The translations under genes were made by a program, and so were the position numbers. A DNA stretch of 64,000 nucleotides from Parasutterella excrementihominis (GTDB lineage Bacteria; Bacillota; Clostridia; Christensenellales; Borkfalkiaceae): positions 1,836-65,835 of the forward strand of contig CAVJMJ010000010.1 of NCBI GenBank assembly GCA_963650915.1, given 5' to 3'. Positions 18,676-29,105 of the stretch are shown one piece after another (the stretch's first letter is position 1; the number at the start of each line of letters is the position of its first letter). The notes under the pieces are model-generated. The model did not search any database. It had not been told where the DNA came from and was given only the letters and a program-made list of their open reading frames with translations.

Positions 18676-20344
18676 TTTTGCACCTAATCAATTTTAATGC
18701 CTGATTGATTTTCGTCTTTTTGGTTATAAAATAATTTGCCAAAAAGGTAGTATCTTTGGCGTAAATGCTCTTTGACATAACGAGCATTGCCGCGCCCAAA
18801 GAGTTTACGTCTTCGATTTTTTCGAGGTTTCCGTTGTCCTTTAAGGCATTTAAAACGTTTTTCGCGCTTTGCGCCAAAGCCTTAAAATCCGTTTTACAAA
18901 AGGAACTCATTCTTGCGGCGGCAAAAGCGTGTGCTCTTTTTATAACGGAATCTTTACCGTCGTCTTTTATTTCGGGAATGGGAACGAGTTCGAAATTAAA
19001 ATAAAGTCCGCTGTAAATTGCCGAAAGAGTACTTTTTCGGTCGTTCATCAAAAGAGAATAAACGATTGCGAATTTAACCTTTTCGTCTATCTCGTTTATC
19101 ATTAAAATTCCGATAAAATAGTCCTCGATTTTTTCGTTTTCGGTTTGCAAAAGCGACAATGCCAGTTCTTCTTGCAAATTGTTGTAAAAAGAATAAATAA
19201 AATCGCAAACTTTAAAGACGCCGTTCAGTTTTCTGTCGGTAATCTCCGGCTTTTCGTGTATATAGTCGATTGCTTTTTCGACGAGTTTTTTCATTACGCT
19301 TTCGGGATAACGCAATTCGCCGTCGATACGCCTTAACTTGGGCTTTTCGTCGCGACATCTGTCTATATAGTACTTTGCGACGTCGTAGTCGGTAATCTGG
19401 TAAACCTTTATAAAATATTTTTCCGCCTCTTTTTTGTTGCCGAGGTTATAATAGGCAGCCCCCGCAACGAATAACCCGTTAATGGAATAAGGATAGTCGT
19501 CAAGTGCCTTTAAAGCGTACTCTAAAGCCCAGTCGTCACGCTCGATATTCAAACAGGACGTTGCCACTTTATAGCATTCCTCAAAGGTAACGAGATTGAA
19601 ATTTTCAAGGGCGCGATACGCCTTTTCGGATTCCTTAAAGTTGCCGGTGTCCGCAAGTAAAACGAACATGTTGATAACGGGAAGATTATCGTCGGGAAAC
19701 TCCTCTATAAGCCCGTTAATGATGGTTTTTGCCTTTTTAACGCTTTCGTTTACGGCGTAATAAGCGGCTATTCTCAATTGCGCGCCGACGTAATTTTGAT
19801 CGGTTTTTGGAATGCTTTTTAATAACTTCAAAGCCTCCTTGTCACCCGTTAAATACAAGTTTTTTTCGGCAAGTTCGATCCTCTTGTCCGAAGGCATTTT
19901 TTTAGGTGGATAGGAAACGTAAAAATCAGGTTCTTCGGGGAATGCGACCATTTCGAAATAATCGAGTTTTTCGTCGAGATAATCGAATTCTTCATCGGGG
20001 GCGATAATCAGTTGCAAGTCGTAATAATACCCTGCCAAACGGTAATTGTCCAAAAGATAAAAACAAGCACCGAGGGCGTTATAAGCCTCGGCTTTTTCAT
20101 CTTCCGTGCAAGTATCGAGAAACTTAAACCAATAGCCTAATGCCATTCTTATTATATCGAGGTCCATATAGACCTTGGCGATTTCGCGATATATTTCGGC
20201 GGTAGGGCTTTTTTTCAATAAATGCAATATGTTAAGCGCACCTATATAATCGCCTTCTTCCCTCCGTTTAACGGCTAAATTCAGTTGTTTTTCGGCAAAT
20301 ACGCCGAGATTGTCCTTAATTTTCATTATCGAAAAGTCTGTCAA
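18662..20344 (-). CDS. TPR repeat-containing protein
   Basis: 560-aa ORF with recurrent A-x-x-Y-Y-x-x-A/G 34-residue-like repeats (EAYNALGACFYLLDNYRLAGYYY, GAAYYNLGNKKEAEKYF). Confidence 0.6.
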   Translation of the reverse strand: MTDFSIMKIKDNLGVFAEKQLNLAVKRREEGDYIGALNILHLLKKSPTAEIYREIAKVYMDLDIIRMALGYWFKFLDTCTEDEKAEAYNALGACFYLLDNYRLAGYYYDLQLIIAPDEEFDYLDEKLDYFEMVAFPEEPDFYVSYPPKKMPSDKRIELAEKNLYLTGDKEALKLLKSIPKTDQNYVGAQLRIAAYYAVNESVKKAKTIINGLIEEFPDDNLPVINMFVLLADTGNFKESEKAYRALENFNLVTFEECYKVATSCLNIERDDWALEYALKALDDYPYSINGLFVAGAAYYNLGNKKEAEKYFIKVYQITDYDVAKYYIDRCRDEKPKLRRIDGELRYPESVMKKLVEKAIDYIHEKPEITDRKLNGVFKVCDFIYSFYNNLQEELALSLLQTENEKIEDYFIGILMINEIDEKVKFAIVYSLLMNDRKSTLSAIYSGLYFNFELVPIPEIKDDGKDSVIKRAHAFAAARMSSFCKTDFKALAQSAKNVLNALKDNGNLEKIEDVNSLGAAMLVMSKSIYAKDTTFLANYFITKKTKINQALKLIRCKNEDC

Positions 20345-21179
20345 TATCCTCTTTTAAGTATGTGTATTTATTGGGGCAAAATTGGCAAACGACCTCTACT
20401 TTTCCTTCTTTTTCGATCGTGTCGTAAAGTTCTTTTTTACCGAGAGTGATTAAAATTTTGTCAACGTATTCTTTTGAACAAGTGCATTTATACTCCGGGT
20501 CGTACTCGAAAAAGAAAACGCCGTCAAAGTACCTGTCTATTATTCCGTCTATTCCGTATTCTTCTATCATGGAACTTATCGAAGTAAACTCGGACAAAAG
20601 TTTTTCGGCTTTGTCTATGGATTCGTCGCTTGCGCCGGGCATCGGTTGAATTACAAGCCCGCCCGCACCGACGCATTTTAAATCTTTGCCGATTTTTACC
20701 CCCAACGCAAGCCCGGTGGGTTGCTGTTCGGAATATGCGAAATAAGCGGCAAAATCTTCGGCAATCTCTCCGCTTACTAACCTCGAACTGCCCGTATAAG
20801 GTTCCTTTAACCCGAGGTTTTTAACTACGGAAATTCTTCCCTTTCCTACCGCACCGCCCACGTCGAGTTTGCCGTTCTTCTTAAGCGGTAGATTGACGGA
20901 AGGATTTTCTATATATCCTCTCATCTTTAAGTCGTGGTTACCGCAAACGACTATCTGCCCCGCAGGACCGTCACCGTTTATAGTTATACTTAAAGTGTCC
21001 TCTTTGTTTTTAAGGTTGGTTGCCATAAAAGTAGCAACGGTCATAGTTCTGCCGAGCACCGCCGCAGCAAGAGGGGTCAATTTATGTATTTCGATTGCAC
21101 GATTGACCATTTCCGTCGTATCGAGTATGGTAAGAGAAATTTCTCCGTTATATATAAGTGCTTTTACCGCTCTGTCCAT
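20316..21179 (-). CDS. hslO: Hsp33 redox-regulated chaperone
   Basis: 287-aa ORF with a C-terminal zinc centre (CTCSKEY...CQFCPNKY) characteristic of Hsp33. Confidence 0.88.
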   Translation of the reverse strand: MDRAVKALIYNGEISLTILDTTEMVNRAIEIHKLTPLAAAVLGRTMTVATFMATNLKNKEDTLSITINGDGPAGQIVVCGNHDLKMRGYIENPSVNLPLKKNGKLDVGGAVGKGRISVVKNLGLKEPYTGSSRLVSGEIAEDFAAYFAYSEQQPTGLALGVKIGKDLKCVGAGGLVIQPMPGASDESIDKAEKLLSEFTSISSMIEEYGIDGIIDRYFDGVFFFEYDPEYKCTCSKEYVDKILITLGKKELYDTIEKEGKVEVVCQFCPNKYTYLKEDIDRLFDNEN

Positions 21180-21320
21180 AATAAACCTTTTTATTAAAAT
21201 CGTTTTATAAAATAATTATTTAAAGTTTTATAGCAATGCCGAATGTTACATATTTATCCGCATCGTTTTCGTAAAACCGTTTCTGTAAAATTCTTTCTGT
21301 AAAATTCTTTCGTAAAATCG

Positions 21321-22049
21321 TTATTTTTTGGCTATGAATTGAGCCCTTAAAGAGTCTTTTTTAAGTTCTCCGCCCATATGTTCGGTTACGATAACCGTCT
21401 TATAGCCCGACTTTTCGAGTTTTTCGGTGATATCGTCCACGGTGTGAATGTATTCCGTTTGGCTTTCTTCTTTTTTAATGTATTTATCCCCCTCTTTTAT
21501 AAAGACGGACACGTCCATATCAACTTTGTTTTTGCAAAGTTTGTTGAACCAAACGTAAGTCATATCGTCGAAATCTTCCGAAAAAACGTTGTTTGCTATA
21601 ACCTTTTCGAGTTTATACTCGGTTGAAATATCGAAAAACAGTACGCCGTCTTTATCGAGTAAAGAATAAAAACGTTTGAAAGCCTTTTCGAGTTTTTCGT
21701 GCGGAAGATAATTTATTCCGTCGTTTACCACCGTAATAAAGTCAACCTTGGAAAAGTTTTTGACGGTAGTCATATCCCCTTCCCTAAAAAGAATGTTAAG
21801 CCCCTCTTTTCTTGCAAGATCTACGGCGACGTTGAGCATATCGGGCGAACAATCGATTCCTTCCATCATAAAGCCCGCTTTTTTAAGGGCACGGGTAAAA
21901 TAACCCGTTCCGCAAGCCATATCGAGCCCGCTTATTCCCTGTGCGTGGGTTTTTACGAGCGAACAAAGATAATCCGCCCATTTTAAATAATCTTCGTCGG
22001 AAAGCACTCTTTCGTAAATTTCCGCCAAAGCAGAATAGGGTTTGTTCAT
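21321..22049 (-). CDS. class I SAM-dependent methyltransferase
   Basis: 242-aa ORF with a glycine-rich SAM motif (LDMACGTGYFT). The substrate is unknown. Confidence 0.7.
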   Translation of the reverse strand: MNKPYSALAEIYERVLSDEDYLKWADYLCSLVKTHAQGISGLDMACGTGYFTRALKKAGFMMEGIDCSPDMLNVAVDLARKEGLNILFREGDMTTVKNFSKVDFITVVNDGINYLPHEKLEKAFKRFYSLLDKDGVLFFDISTEYKLEKVIANNVFSEDFDDMTYVWFNKLCKNKVDMDVSVFIKEGDKYIKKEESQTEYIHTVDDITEKLEKSGYKTVIVTEHMGGELKKDSLRAQFIAKK

Positions 22050-22133
22050 AATTCTTCCTTTTTTGAAAAATTGCCCCGCTTGCGAGGCAATTTTACTAAT
22101 TACGCCCGAGTTTTATAAAGCGGAAAAACGCAA

Positions 22134-23342
22134 TTAAAGATTGTTTTTCGATTGATTGAGTTTATCGATGTCTTCCCTCGTGAAGACTTCGCCTACGTCG
22201 GATATCGTAACGTCGTAATCGGTTACGGGCTTTATCTTGTCGAGAGTGGTTTTAGCCTTGCCGACTTCGGTGTAGCCTTCTTCTTCTTTTGCGGAAGTCT
22301 TTTGCTGTTCTCTTTGGTCGTGCTTTTTGATTTCGTCTTCGGTAGCCTCGTAAGACTTAACCCTTCCTTTAACGAACTTGTCGTAAATCCATTGGCTGTA
22401 AACCGTCCAAACGAGCATCGTAAACGACGCGCCGAGGAACATAATGAGTACCGCCGCAAGACTTATAGCCTGTGTTCCGAGTAACAATATCGCAAACGGC
22501 AATAAGGCAAATACCGCAAAAAACAGGTTGAGCGGTAATAATATTACCGTGAACGTTAAACTGTTTTTCATGAGTGCGAAATAATTGCCTTTATAGGTTA
22601 CTATCATCGACGCCATCGTCAAGAAGAAAATGGAGGAAAAACCTATAAGTACGTATAATAAAACCTTGAAGAGTACGTAATACCACTTAAAACCGCTTAC
22701 GGCAATTGTAAGGTCTATGTGCGAAATCACCATAAACGACAGCGAAAGTATAATCGAATATATCGCAGCGGTCGCAAGCATTGGTAAAACATTCTTCTTT
22801 ATCCCCTGCCAGAAAGTCTTTAAAACGTTTACGCTTTCTCCCCAGCAAAGGTTACGCATTACGTACATACCACCCGACAAGCCGACCGCTATAACGAGAG
22901 AGGCAAGAGGAAGCCACATAAAAAAGTTGTAGTTTGCGTAATAAATTATGCTTTCTTCAAGCCCCAAAACGGCGGCGTACGGAAGATAGCCTACGCCCAT
23001 GTTTGCCGAGAAGGGCGAAACCGACGCATTTGCGTAAATGGTGGAAATTCTTAAAAACAAAAGTAGGAACAATGGTGCCAAAAATAAAACCATCATGAAG
23101 TTCAAACCGATGATCTTCATAAAGTTGCCCATGAAAACTTCGTAACCGAGTTTAAAACGCCCTACCGCGACCTCGGGACGGAAATAACCGTCTACGCCCG
23201 AAGTATCTTGAAGAGCAATCGGCTTTTTAACGACGTCCTCTTTCTTTTTAACGGGTTTTTTATCGACTTTTTGTTTCGTCTTATTGTTAGCGGATACCGT
23301 ATAACTTTTTCCGCTGTAACTTTTATCGTTCTTTTTTGCCAT
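22134..23342 (-). CDS. polytopic membrane protein with a Lys-rich N-terminus and acidic C-terminal tail (possibly YesL/DUF624-like)
   Basis: 402-aa ORF with about 6 hydrophobic segments. The family assignment is tentative. Confidence 0.45.
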   Translation of the reverse strand: MAKKNDKSYSGKSYTVSANNKTKQKVDKKPVKKKEDVVKKPIALQDTSGVDGYFRPEVAVGRFKLGYEVFMGNFMKIIGLNFMMVLFLAPLFLLLFLRISTIYANASVSPFSANMGVGYLPYAAVLGLEESIIYYANYNFFMWLPLASLVIAVGLSGGMYVMRNLCWGESVNVLKTFWQGIKKNVLPMLATAAIYSIILSLSFMVISHIDLTIAVSGFKWYYVLFKVLLYVLIGFSSIFFLTMASMIVTYKGNYFALMKNSLTFTVILLPLNLFFAVFALLPFAILLLGTQAISLAAVLIMFLGASFTMLVWTVYSQWIYDKFVKGRVKSYEATEDEIKKHDQREQQKTSAKEEEGYTEVGKAKTTLDKIKPVTDYDVTISDVGEVFTREDIDKLNQSKNNL

Positions 23343-23519
23343 AACTCACCTTTTGCCGTAATTTCCCTTTTAACGCCTAAAAAATAAAGCGCATATAAAT
23401 AAACCAAGCGACTTTGCGTTTGTTAAATAAATATTTAGAAATTACGTTTACCCTAATATAATAACTTAAATATTAAACTTTTACAAACGTTTTAAGGCGT
23501 GTTGACGGAATTTTTTATT

Positions 23520-24644
23520 ATGAACATTGCTATTGCGGGCGCAACGGGCGTAGTCGGAAGAAAAATTATCGAAATTTTGGAAGAACGCCGATTCGTTGCC
23601 GATAATTTTTATTTTTTTGCAAGCAAAAATTCTTTCGGAAAGACTTTGAAAATTTACGGCAAAAATATTTCGGTGGAAGAACTTAACGATTTTAATGTTA
23701 AAAGTAAAAAAATCGACATCGCTTTTTTGGCTTGTCCTTCAACGGTGTCTATCTATTACGCCCCGTTATTTGCAAAAATCGGCGCAACGGTTATAGACAA
23801 TTCTTCGGCGTTTAGGCTGAATAAAAACGTTCCCCTCGTCGTACCGACGGTTAACGACGAGGAAATTTTCACGCTCGCTAAAAGGGTGCAAAACAGAACG
23901 GGGCGTAAAAAAACGGGGACGACGGGGCTTAACGAAGCCGTAAAGACGGGGTATGATGACCTCGGAAAAACGGGGTGTAACGACATCGGAAAAACCGAAC
24001 ATAACGACATCGGAAAAACGGGACGAGGGATAATTTCCAACCCGAATTGTTCTACGATTATGCTTATGCCGGTGCTAAACGCCCTTAAAAAATTCGGACT
24101 GAAGAAAATTAACGTTACGACATATCAAGCCGTTTCGGGTGCGGGAAGACAGGGCGTTTTAGACCTATCGGGCGGTGAAAAACAAAATTTGAAATTCGAT
24201 AAAAGAATATATTCCAACTGTCTTTCCAAAATAGGAAAGTTCGACGAGAACGGCTACTCGGAAGAGGAAAATAAAATTATAAACGAATCGAAAAAAATTT
24301 TGCGTTTGCCACGCTTGAAAGTATCGGCAACCGCCGTGAGAGTTCCCGTTTTCAATTGCCATTCCGAAGCCGTTTACGCAGAATTTTCTTCCGTTATCGA
24401 CTTAAAGTCCGTAATTTCGAAATTAAGTATAGCCCCGAGAGTTAAACTTTACCTCGACGATTACCCTACAGTGCTCGACGCCGACGGCAACGATTTTATA
24501 CACGTAGGCAGGGTGAGAAAAGACATATCTAATCCGCGTGGATTGCAACTTTGGATTACCTCGGACAATTTGAGAACGGGTGCCGCGCTAAACGCCGTTT
24601 TAATTGCCGAAATCTTACAAAAAACGCCGATAATCGACATATAG
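23520..24644 (+). CDS. asd: aspartate-semialdehyde dehydrogenase carrying a ~54-aa repeat-encoded insertion
   Basis: MNIAIAGATGVVGRK is an NAD(P)-binding start, and IISNPNCSTI is the active-site Cys motif. The insertion lies at nt ~23868-24029 between VPTVNDEEI and IISNPNCST. Confidence 0.85.
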   Translation: MNIAIAGATGVVGRKIIEILEERRFVADNFYFFASKNSFGKTLKIYGKNISVEELNDFNVKSKKIDIAFLACPSTVSIYYAPLFAKIGATVIDNSSAFRLNKNVPLVVPTVNDEEIFTLAKRVQNRTGRKKTGTTGLNEAVKTGYDDLGKTGCNDIGKTEHNDIGKTGRGIISNPNCSTIMLMPVLNALKKFGLKKINVTTYQAVSGAGRQGVLDLSGGEKQNLKFDKRIYSNCLSKIGKFDENGYSEEENKIINESKKILRLPRLKVSATAVRVPVFNCHSEAVYAEFSSVIDLKSVISKLSIAPRVKLYLDDYPTVLDADGNDFIHVGRVRKDISNPRGLQLWITSDNLRTGAALNAVLIAEILQKTPIIDI

Positions 24645-24701
24645 AGGCACTTTTCGCATTTATACAAAGTAATACCATATAGCAAAAAAGGGAGGCTTTT
24701 T

Positions 24702-25397
24702 ATGATAAACGTACTAATATCCGGCATAAGCGGAAATATGGGCAAAGCCGTGTATTTAAACAAAACGGATAACCTTAATATTACTTGCGGGGTGGATTTA
24801 AACCGCACGCAAGGTTTCGATTGTCCCGTTTATAAAAGTTTCGGCGAAGTAAAGGAAAACGTCGATTTGGTTATAGATTTTTCGTCAAGAGGAGTTTTTA
24901 AAGAACTTTGTAAATTCGTAAAAACTACCAAATGCGCGCTAATATCGGGAACAACGGGGCTTACGGAGAAAGATAGGTCGGCTATCGAAAAATTATCGGA
25001 AACGGTTCCTGTCTTCATTTCGGCAAACATGTCTTTCGGAATAAACTTTTTAACCTCTTTATTTAAAAGTTTAAGTCAAACGGTTGACGGGCTTGACATA
25101 GATATAATCGAAAAACATCGCAAAAATAAAAAGGACGCCCCTTCCGGCACCGCATTGATGCTACGCGACGCCCTGAAAAAACTAACCGAAAATAATATAA
25201 CGGTACACTCGCTTCGAGCCGGCGATATCGTCGGCGAGCACGAAATTATTTTTACAAAAGGTTCGGAAACAATCACCGTAAAGCACGTTGCTTATTCACG
25301 TAACGTATTTGCCGAAGGCGCGGTAAAAATAGCGGAAAAACTCCCCTTCATGAAAAAAGGTCTTTATACCGCCGAAGACTTTTCGAGTTTTTTATAA
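24702..25397 (+). CDS. dapB: 4-hydroxy-tetrahydrodipicolinate reductase
   Basis: 231-aa ORF with a GxSGxMG nucleotide motif (ISGISGNMG) and an EKHRKNKKDAPSGTA motif (E-x-H-H-x-x-K-x-DAPSGTA family signature). Confidence 0.85.
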   Translation: MINVLISGISGNMGKAVYLNKTDNLNITCGVDLNRTQGFDCPVYKSFGEVKENVDLVIDFSSRGVFKELCKFVKTTKCALISGTTGLTEKDRSAIEKLSETVPVFISANMSFGINFLTSLFKSLSQTVDGLDIDIIEKHRKNKKDAPSGTALMLRDALKKLTENNITVHSLRAGDIVGEHEIIFTKGSETITVKHVAYSRNVFAEGAVKIAEKLPFMKKGLYTAEDFSSFL

Positions 25398-25523
25398 GCG
25401 TATTTTTTGTAAGAATAAAATAAATTAAATGTTTTATAAGCGCAAAATAAATTGCAGGTTGTTATAAGCATAAACAAACTACACGTTTTTATAAGCATAA
25501 AAAATTTATAAGCAAAAAACAAA

Positions 25524-26543
25524 TTACACGTATTTTTTAAGAGCAATATAGACTAATTTTATCGCAACGGTTTTTTCTATTTCCGTTGCGATTTCCGTTT
25601 TATAATATGAACTTTTTAAAATACAGCCCAAATTATGTAATGCCGAACTAAGTGCGACTTTTATTATATTATCGTTGAGTTTTCTTCCTATAATTATTAT
25701 TTTATCGCCTTTTTGTCCGATGCCGAAAACTTTGGGCGTTTTGGTTTTATATCTATTCTTAACGACGGTACTTTGCGATAAATCGTCAAAGGTATTTTTG
25801 ACTATAATTTGCGTTTTTGTGCCGATAACGGGCTTATAGGTCGATTTATGTAAAACTTGGAAGTTCAATACGGATAGCCTTTTCAAATCTTTATATGCCA
25901 TTACGTTTACCGTGCGACTACCCTCCGATATGTTAGGATTTACGCATTTTATACCGCAAACGTCGGTATAGTTTTCGTAAAAATCGGCTTTTAAAAGTTT
26001 ACATAGGTATGCTCCGCTCAGGTCGCTTCCGCCACGCTCCAAAAGTTTTATTTTGCCGTTATCGTTAACGTAAAATCCGGGGATTACCACACCGCCGTTT
26101 AAGTCCGTTTTAAAAATCGCCCTTCTTGATTTTAATACGTCGAATTTTCCCCTTTTAAAATACAGAATTTTGCTTGCGTCGACGAATCGGTAATTTAGAT
26201 AGGACGCGACTATTTTTGCCGTTAAATATTCTCCCCGAGAAACTATATAATCTTTGTCATAGGGTAAATTACGAAATTCGCCTTCGATATCTATATTTAC
26301 GCCCGACTTTTCTTTTAAATACTCGTAGCGGGATATAATTTCCTTTCTTAGTGCGGTATCGGTAAAATTTTCATATAAACGTATCAATAAATCGGTGACC
26401 TTTATGTCATTTGAAAACCTTTTACCCAACGCCGAAACAACTATTACTTTTCTTAACGGCGAAGAATAAACTATTTCCCTTATTCTTTCAAGTCCCTCTT
26501 TGGTAGATAGTGAACTCCCGCCGAATTTGCAAACGCAAAGCAT
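25524..26543 (-). CDS. aspartate kinase (short form)
   Basis: 339-aa ORF with a KFGGSS amino-acid-kinase N-terminus. It is divergent from asd-dapB. The regulatory C-terminal region is shorter than in typical LysC. Confidence 0.7.
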   Translation of the reverse strand: MLCVCKFGGSSLSTKEGLERIREIVYSSPLRKVIVVSALGKRFSNDIKVTDLLIRLYENFTDTALRKEIISRYEYLKEKSGVNIDIEGEFRNLPYDKDYIVSRGEYLTAKIVASYLNYRFVDASKILYFKRGKFDVLKSRRAIFKTDLNGGVVIPGFYVNDNGKIKLLERGGSDLSGAYLCKLLKADFYENYTDVCGIKCVNPNISEGSRTVNVMAYKDLKRLSVLNFQVLHKSTYKPVIGTKTQIIVKNTFDDLSQSTVVKNRYKTKTPKVFGIGQKGDKIIIIGRKLNDNIIKVALSSALHNLGCILKSSYYKTEIATEIEKTVAIKLVYIALKKYV

Positions 26544-26631
26544 AAAAAAACACCCCTTAAGTTTATAATATGATACAAACCCAAAGGATGTTTATTTTTT
26601 AAAAAAGTGAGCCTATAAGCCGATTAACGAC

Positions 26632-27063
26632 CTATTCGACGGCAACGACGTTTGCACTTTTTACGTGGTTTATCTTCTTTAATTCTTTAACCATCGACTG
26701 CGTATCGATGCTTAAATTGCTTACGTCGATAACTATCGTAATAAACGACACACTGCTTATCGGAAGCGTGGAGTTTATGGTTATGATGTTACCGCCGTAA
26801 GAATAGATATCCTGCATCACGTTGCTTAATACCCCTGCGGCGTCCGCCAACTTTAAAGTAACAACCGCTTTTTTGCCGTACGACTTAGAAGCGGTAAAAA
26901 TTTTATCTTTATACTTATAGAAAGTGGAACGGCTTATTCCCGTTTCCTTACAAGATAAACTGACGCTCTTTTTTTCGTCTTCGACAAGGCTTTTTGCCTT
27001 TAAGACAAGTTCGTAATAATTTGGTAATATCGACTTATCGACAATTAAATATTCCGACCCCAT
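26632..27063 (-). CDS. ACT domain protein of the UPF0735/PheB-like family with an N-terminal HTH-like segment
   Basis: 143-aa ORF. The GISRSTFYKYKD helix-turn-helix-like segment is followed by an ACT-like fold. Size and layout match UPF0735. Confidence 0.65.
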   Translation of the reverse strand: MGSEYLIVDKSILPNYYELVLKAKSLVEDEKKSVSLSCKETGISRSTFYKYKDKIFTASKSYGKKAVVTLKLADAAGVLSNVMQDIYSYGGNIITINSTLPISSVSFITIVIDVSNLSIDTQSMVKELKKINHVKSANVVAVE

Positions 27064-27344
27064 TTTTTAACCCTCGTATAACATATTTATTGTTTGCGAA
27101 AACAGCGAAAAAGCATTTTCCCTGTTCTCGTATGATATTATACACTGTTTAAGACAAAAAGACAACTGTTTTTTAGGGTAGGATTAATTTTTTTATAAAA
27201 ATTTTTTATTGTTTTTGTGTTACAAACAGTTAAAAACCGCTTGCAAACTGATAGATCGGTCAAAAAAGTATTATACTCTGCCAAAATACCTAAAAACTAC
27301 CCCTTCGAACTTTTTTAATGGTCTCGAAAAAATGCTTACGACCG

Positions 27345-28688
27345 TTAAATTACCGTTTTAAAGCAACTTTCTGTCGCCGTAACCTCGATTTCCAAAATTT
27401 GGTCTCCGCGCTTGACGGTGAAAATCGCCTTTTCGTCTTCAAGCATATTAAGCACTATGTCCACGAGGTAATAATTTCTGTCTATTTTTGTTTTTACGCC
27501 GTTTAATTCCAAATATAAGACCACGTCGCCGACATTTAAAATTCCTTGCATCTTAGAATTACTTTCGATATTCGTTATCGTAACGTCTGAAATTATATTC
27601 GTGCGCTTGGTTGTGCCGTCGTAAACCCCTCTTACGTTATCGTCTGTAACCGTTATGCCGAAAAAGGCTTTGTCTATCGTGGTGTTGCTTTTTCCTATAC
27701 ATTCCGACGCGAAATGGCGCATGCAACCCGAAATTATACTCGTCGGTATGGCGTAGTTTACACCGTCGACGTTGGTCAATACGCTTTTTGCGTTTACGAT
27801 GCCTATAAGTTCGCCTTTATCGTTAAAAAGACCGCCGCCGGAATTACCCGGACTTACGGCTGCATCGAAACGCAAAACCCTCATTGAAGTCTGATCGCCG
27901 TAAGCGTTTTTTAGGGTGATTTTTTCGGATATAACGCTTAACACACCGCGTGTTGCCGAAATTCCGTTACCGGAAGGATTGCCTATCGCAAAAACCGTTT
28001 CGCCCAAAGTTAAATCGTAAATATCGGCAAACTTTACCGCCGTCACGCAAGAATTTTTAATGGCATCGCTTGCTTTTACCGACAAAACGGCAAGGTCGTA
28101 AGTTGTGCTTCCGCCCTCGAATTTTGCTTCGAAGGAATAAGGGCTTCCGCTTACTTGACTTCCGTAAACGTAAACGTTTATCGTTTGAGGAAAATTATCG
28201 TTCTCCCCTGCGTTTTCGTTATAGACGACGTGAAAATTGGTAATTATTATTGCGTCGCCGTTAGACTTGTCTACCGAATAAAAGACGCCTGCCCCCGCAC
28301 TTTTGGTCGTAGTACCGTTATACGAGCATACGATACTGCAAACCGAAGTAACCGCTTTGTTTACCGTTTCCTCGTCGTTTTTGTTTTCGGGCGAAAAGTA
28401 GGCTTTGATAAAATCGTCCAAAGTGCCCGAAAAATTACCCGATTGGGTCATTTCGTTGTATAAATCGACAACGGTGTACCCGTCGTTGAAGTTTACGCCG
28501 TCACGCCCAGCCGTTCCGTTCGTTCCGCTTTCGCCCTTTAAACTCAAAAGCCATTCCTTTTCGGTGCCCGTAAAGCCGTTGTCAACGGCAATTTCGTAAG
28601 CGGATTTTCCGCGTATAAGAGGTGAACACGAAGTTAAAAAAACAACTAAACATATCGACGTTATAATCAAAAATATTTTCTTTTTCAT
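27345..28688 (-). CDS. secreted trypsin-like (S1C) serine protease lipoprotein
   Basis: Has a signal peptide with a lipobox (LVVFLTSC) and the GNSGGGLF catalytic serine motif, plus His/Asp regions. I recognised no clear PDZ domain. Confidence 0.75.
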   Translation of the reverse strand: MKKKIFLIITSICLVVFLTSCSPLIRGKSAYEIAVDNGFTGTEKEWLLSLKGESGTNGTAGRDGVNFNDGYTVVDLYNEMTQSGNFSGTLDDFIKAYFSPENKNDEETVNKAVTSVCSIVCSYNGTTTKSAGAGVFYSVDKSNGDAIIITNFHVVYNENAGENDNFPQTINVYVYGSQVSGSPYSFEAKFEGGSTTYDLAVLSVKASDAIKNSCVTAVKFADIYDLTLGETVFAIGNPSGNGISATRGVLSVISEKITLKNAYGDQTSMRVLRFDAAVSPGNSGGGLFNDKGELIGIVNAKSVLTNVDGVNYAIPTSIISGCMRHFASECIGKSNTTIDKAFFGITVTDDNVRGVYDGTTKRTNIISDVTITNIESNSKMQGILNVGDVVLYLELNGVKTKIDRNYYLVDIVLNMLEDEKAIFTVKRGDQILEIEVTATESCFKTVI

Positions 28689-29105
28689 CTTACTCCTGAA
28701 ATTCGGTTTAAATTCGGCATTGCCGACCGAATTGAATTTTACAACTTTTATTTTTTTGTATACGATTATTTTTTATTCGGTATACGTTTTTATAGGGTTT
28801 TCGTTTAATGTTTTATTTTGGTATACGGTAATGTTTTCTATGGTATACGGTTATTTTAGCCGTTACCGAAAACTAAAACAACCGAGTTTTTTTGCTTAAA
28901 AACCAAACAAGCGAGTTTTTTACTCAAAAATCGAAACAAGCGAGTTTTTAGTAAAAGGGCTTTTAATAATTTACCGATTATAAAAAACTAATAAAAACTA
29001 ACCCGACGGGTATCGTCAAAATCGTTTACAAACGAGATAATTGTGTGCTATACTTATTTAGAAGATTAACTATTGCGTCGCCATAAAGGCGACGAGGAGG
29101 ATATT

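Noticed and set aside
23343-23519. Lysine (L-box) riboswitch or T-box leader upstream of asd-dapB or aspartate kinase (also 26544-26631).
   Set aside because: The leaders are short (177 and 88 nt), AT-rich and lack the conserved L-box or T-box helices and motifs I know.
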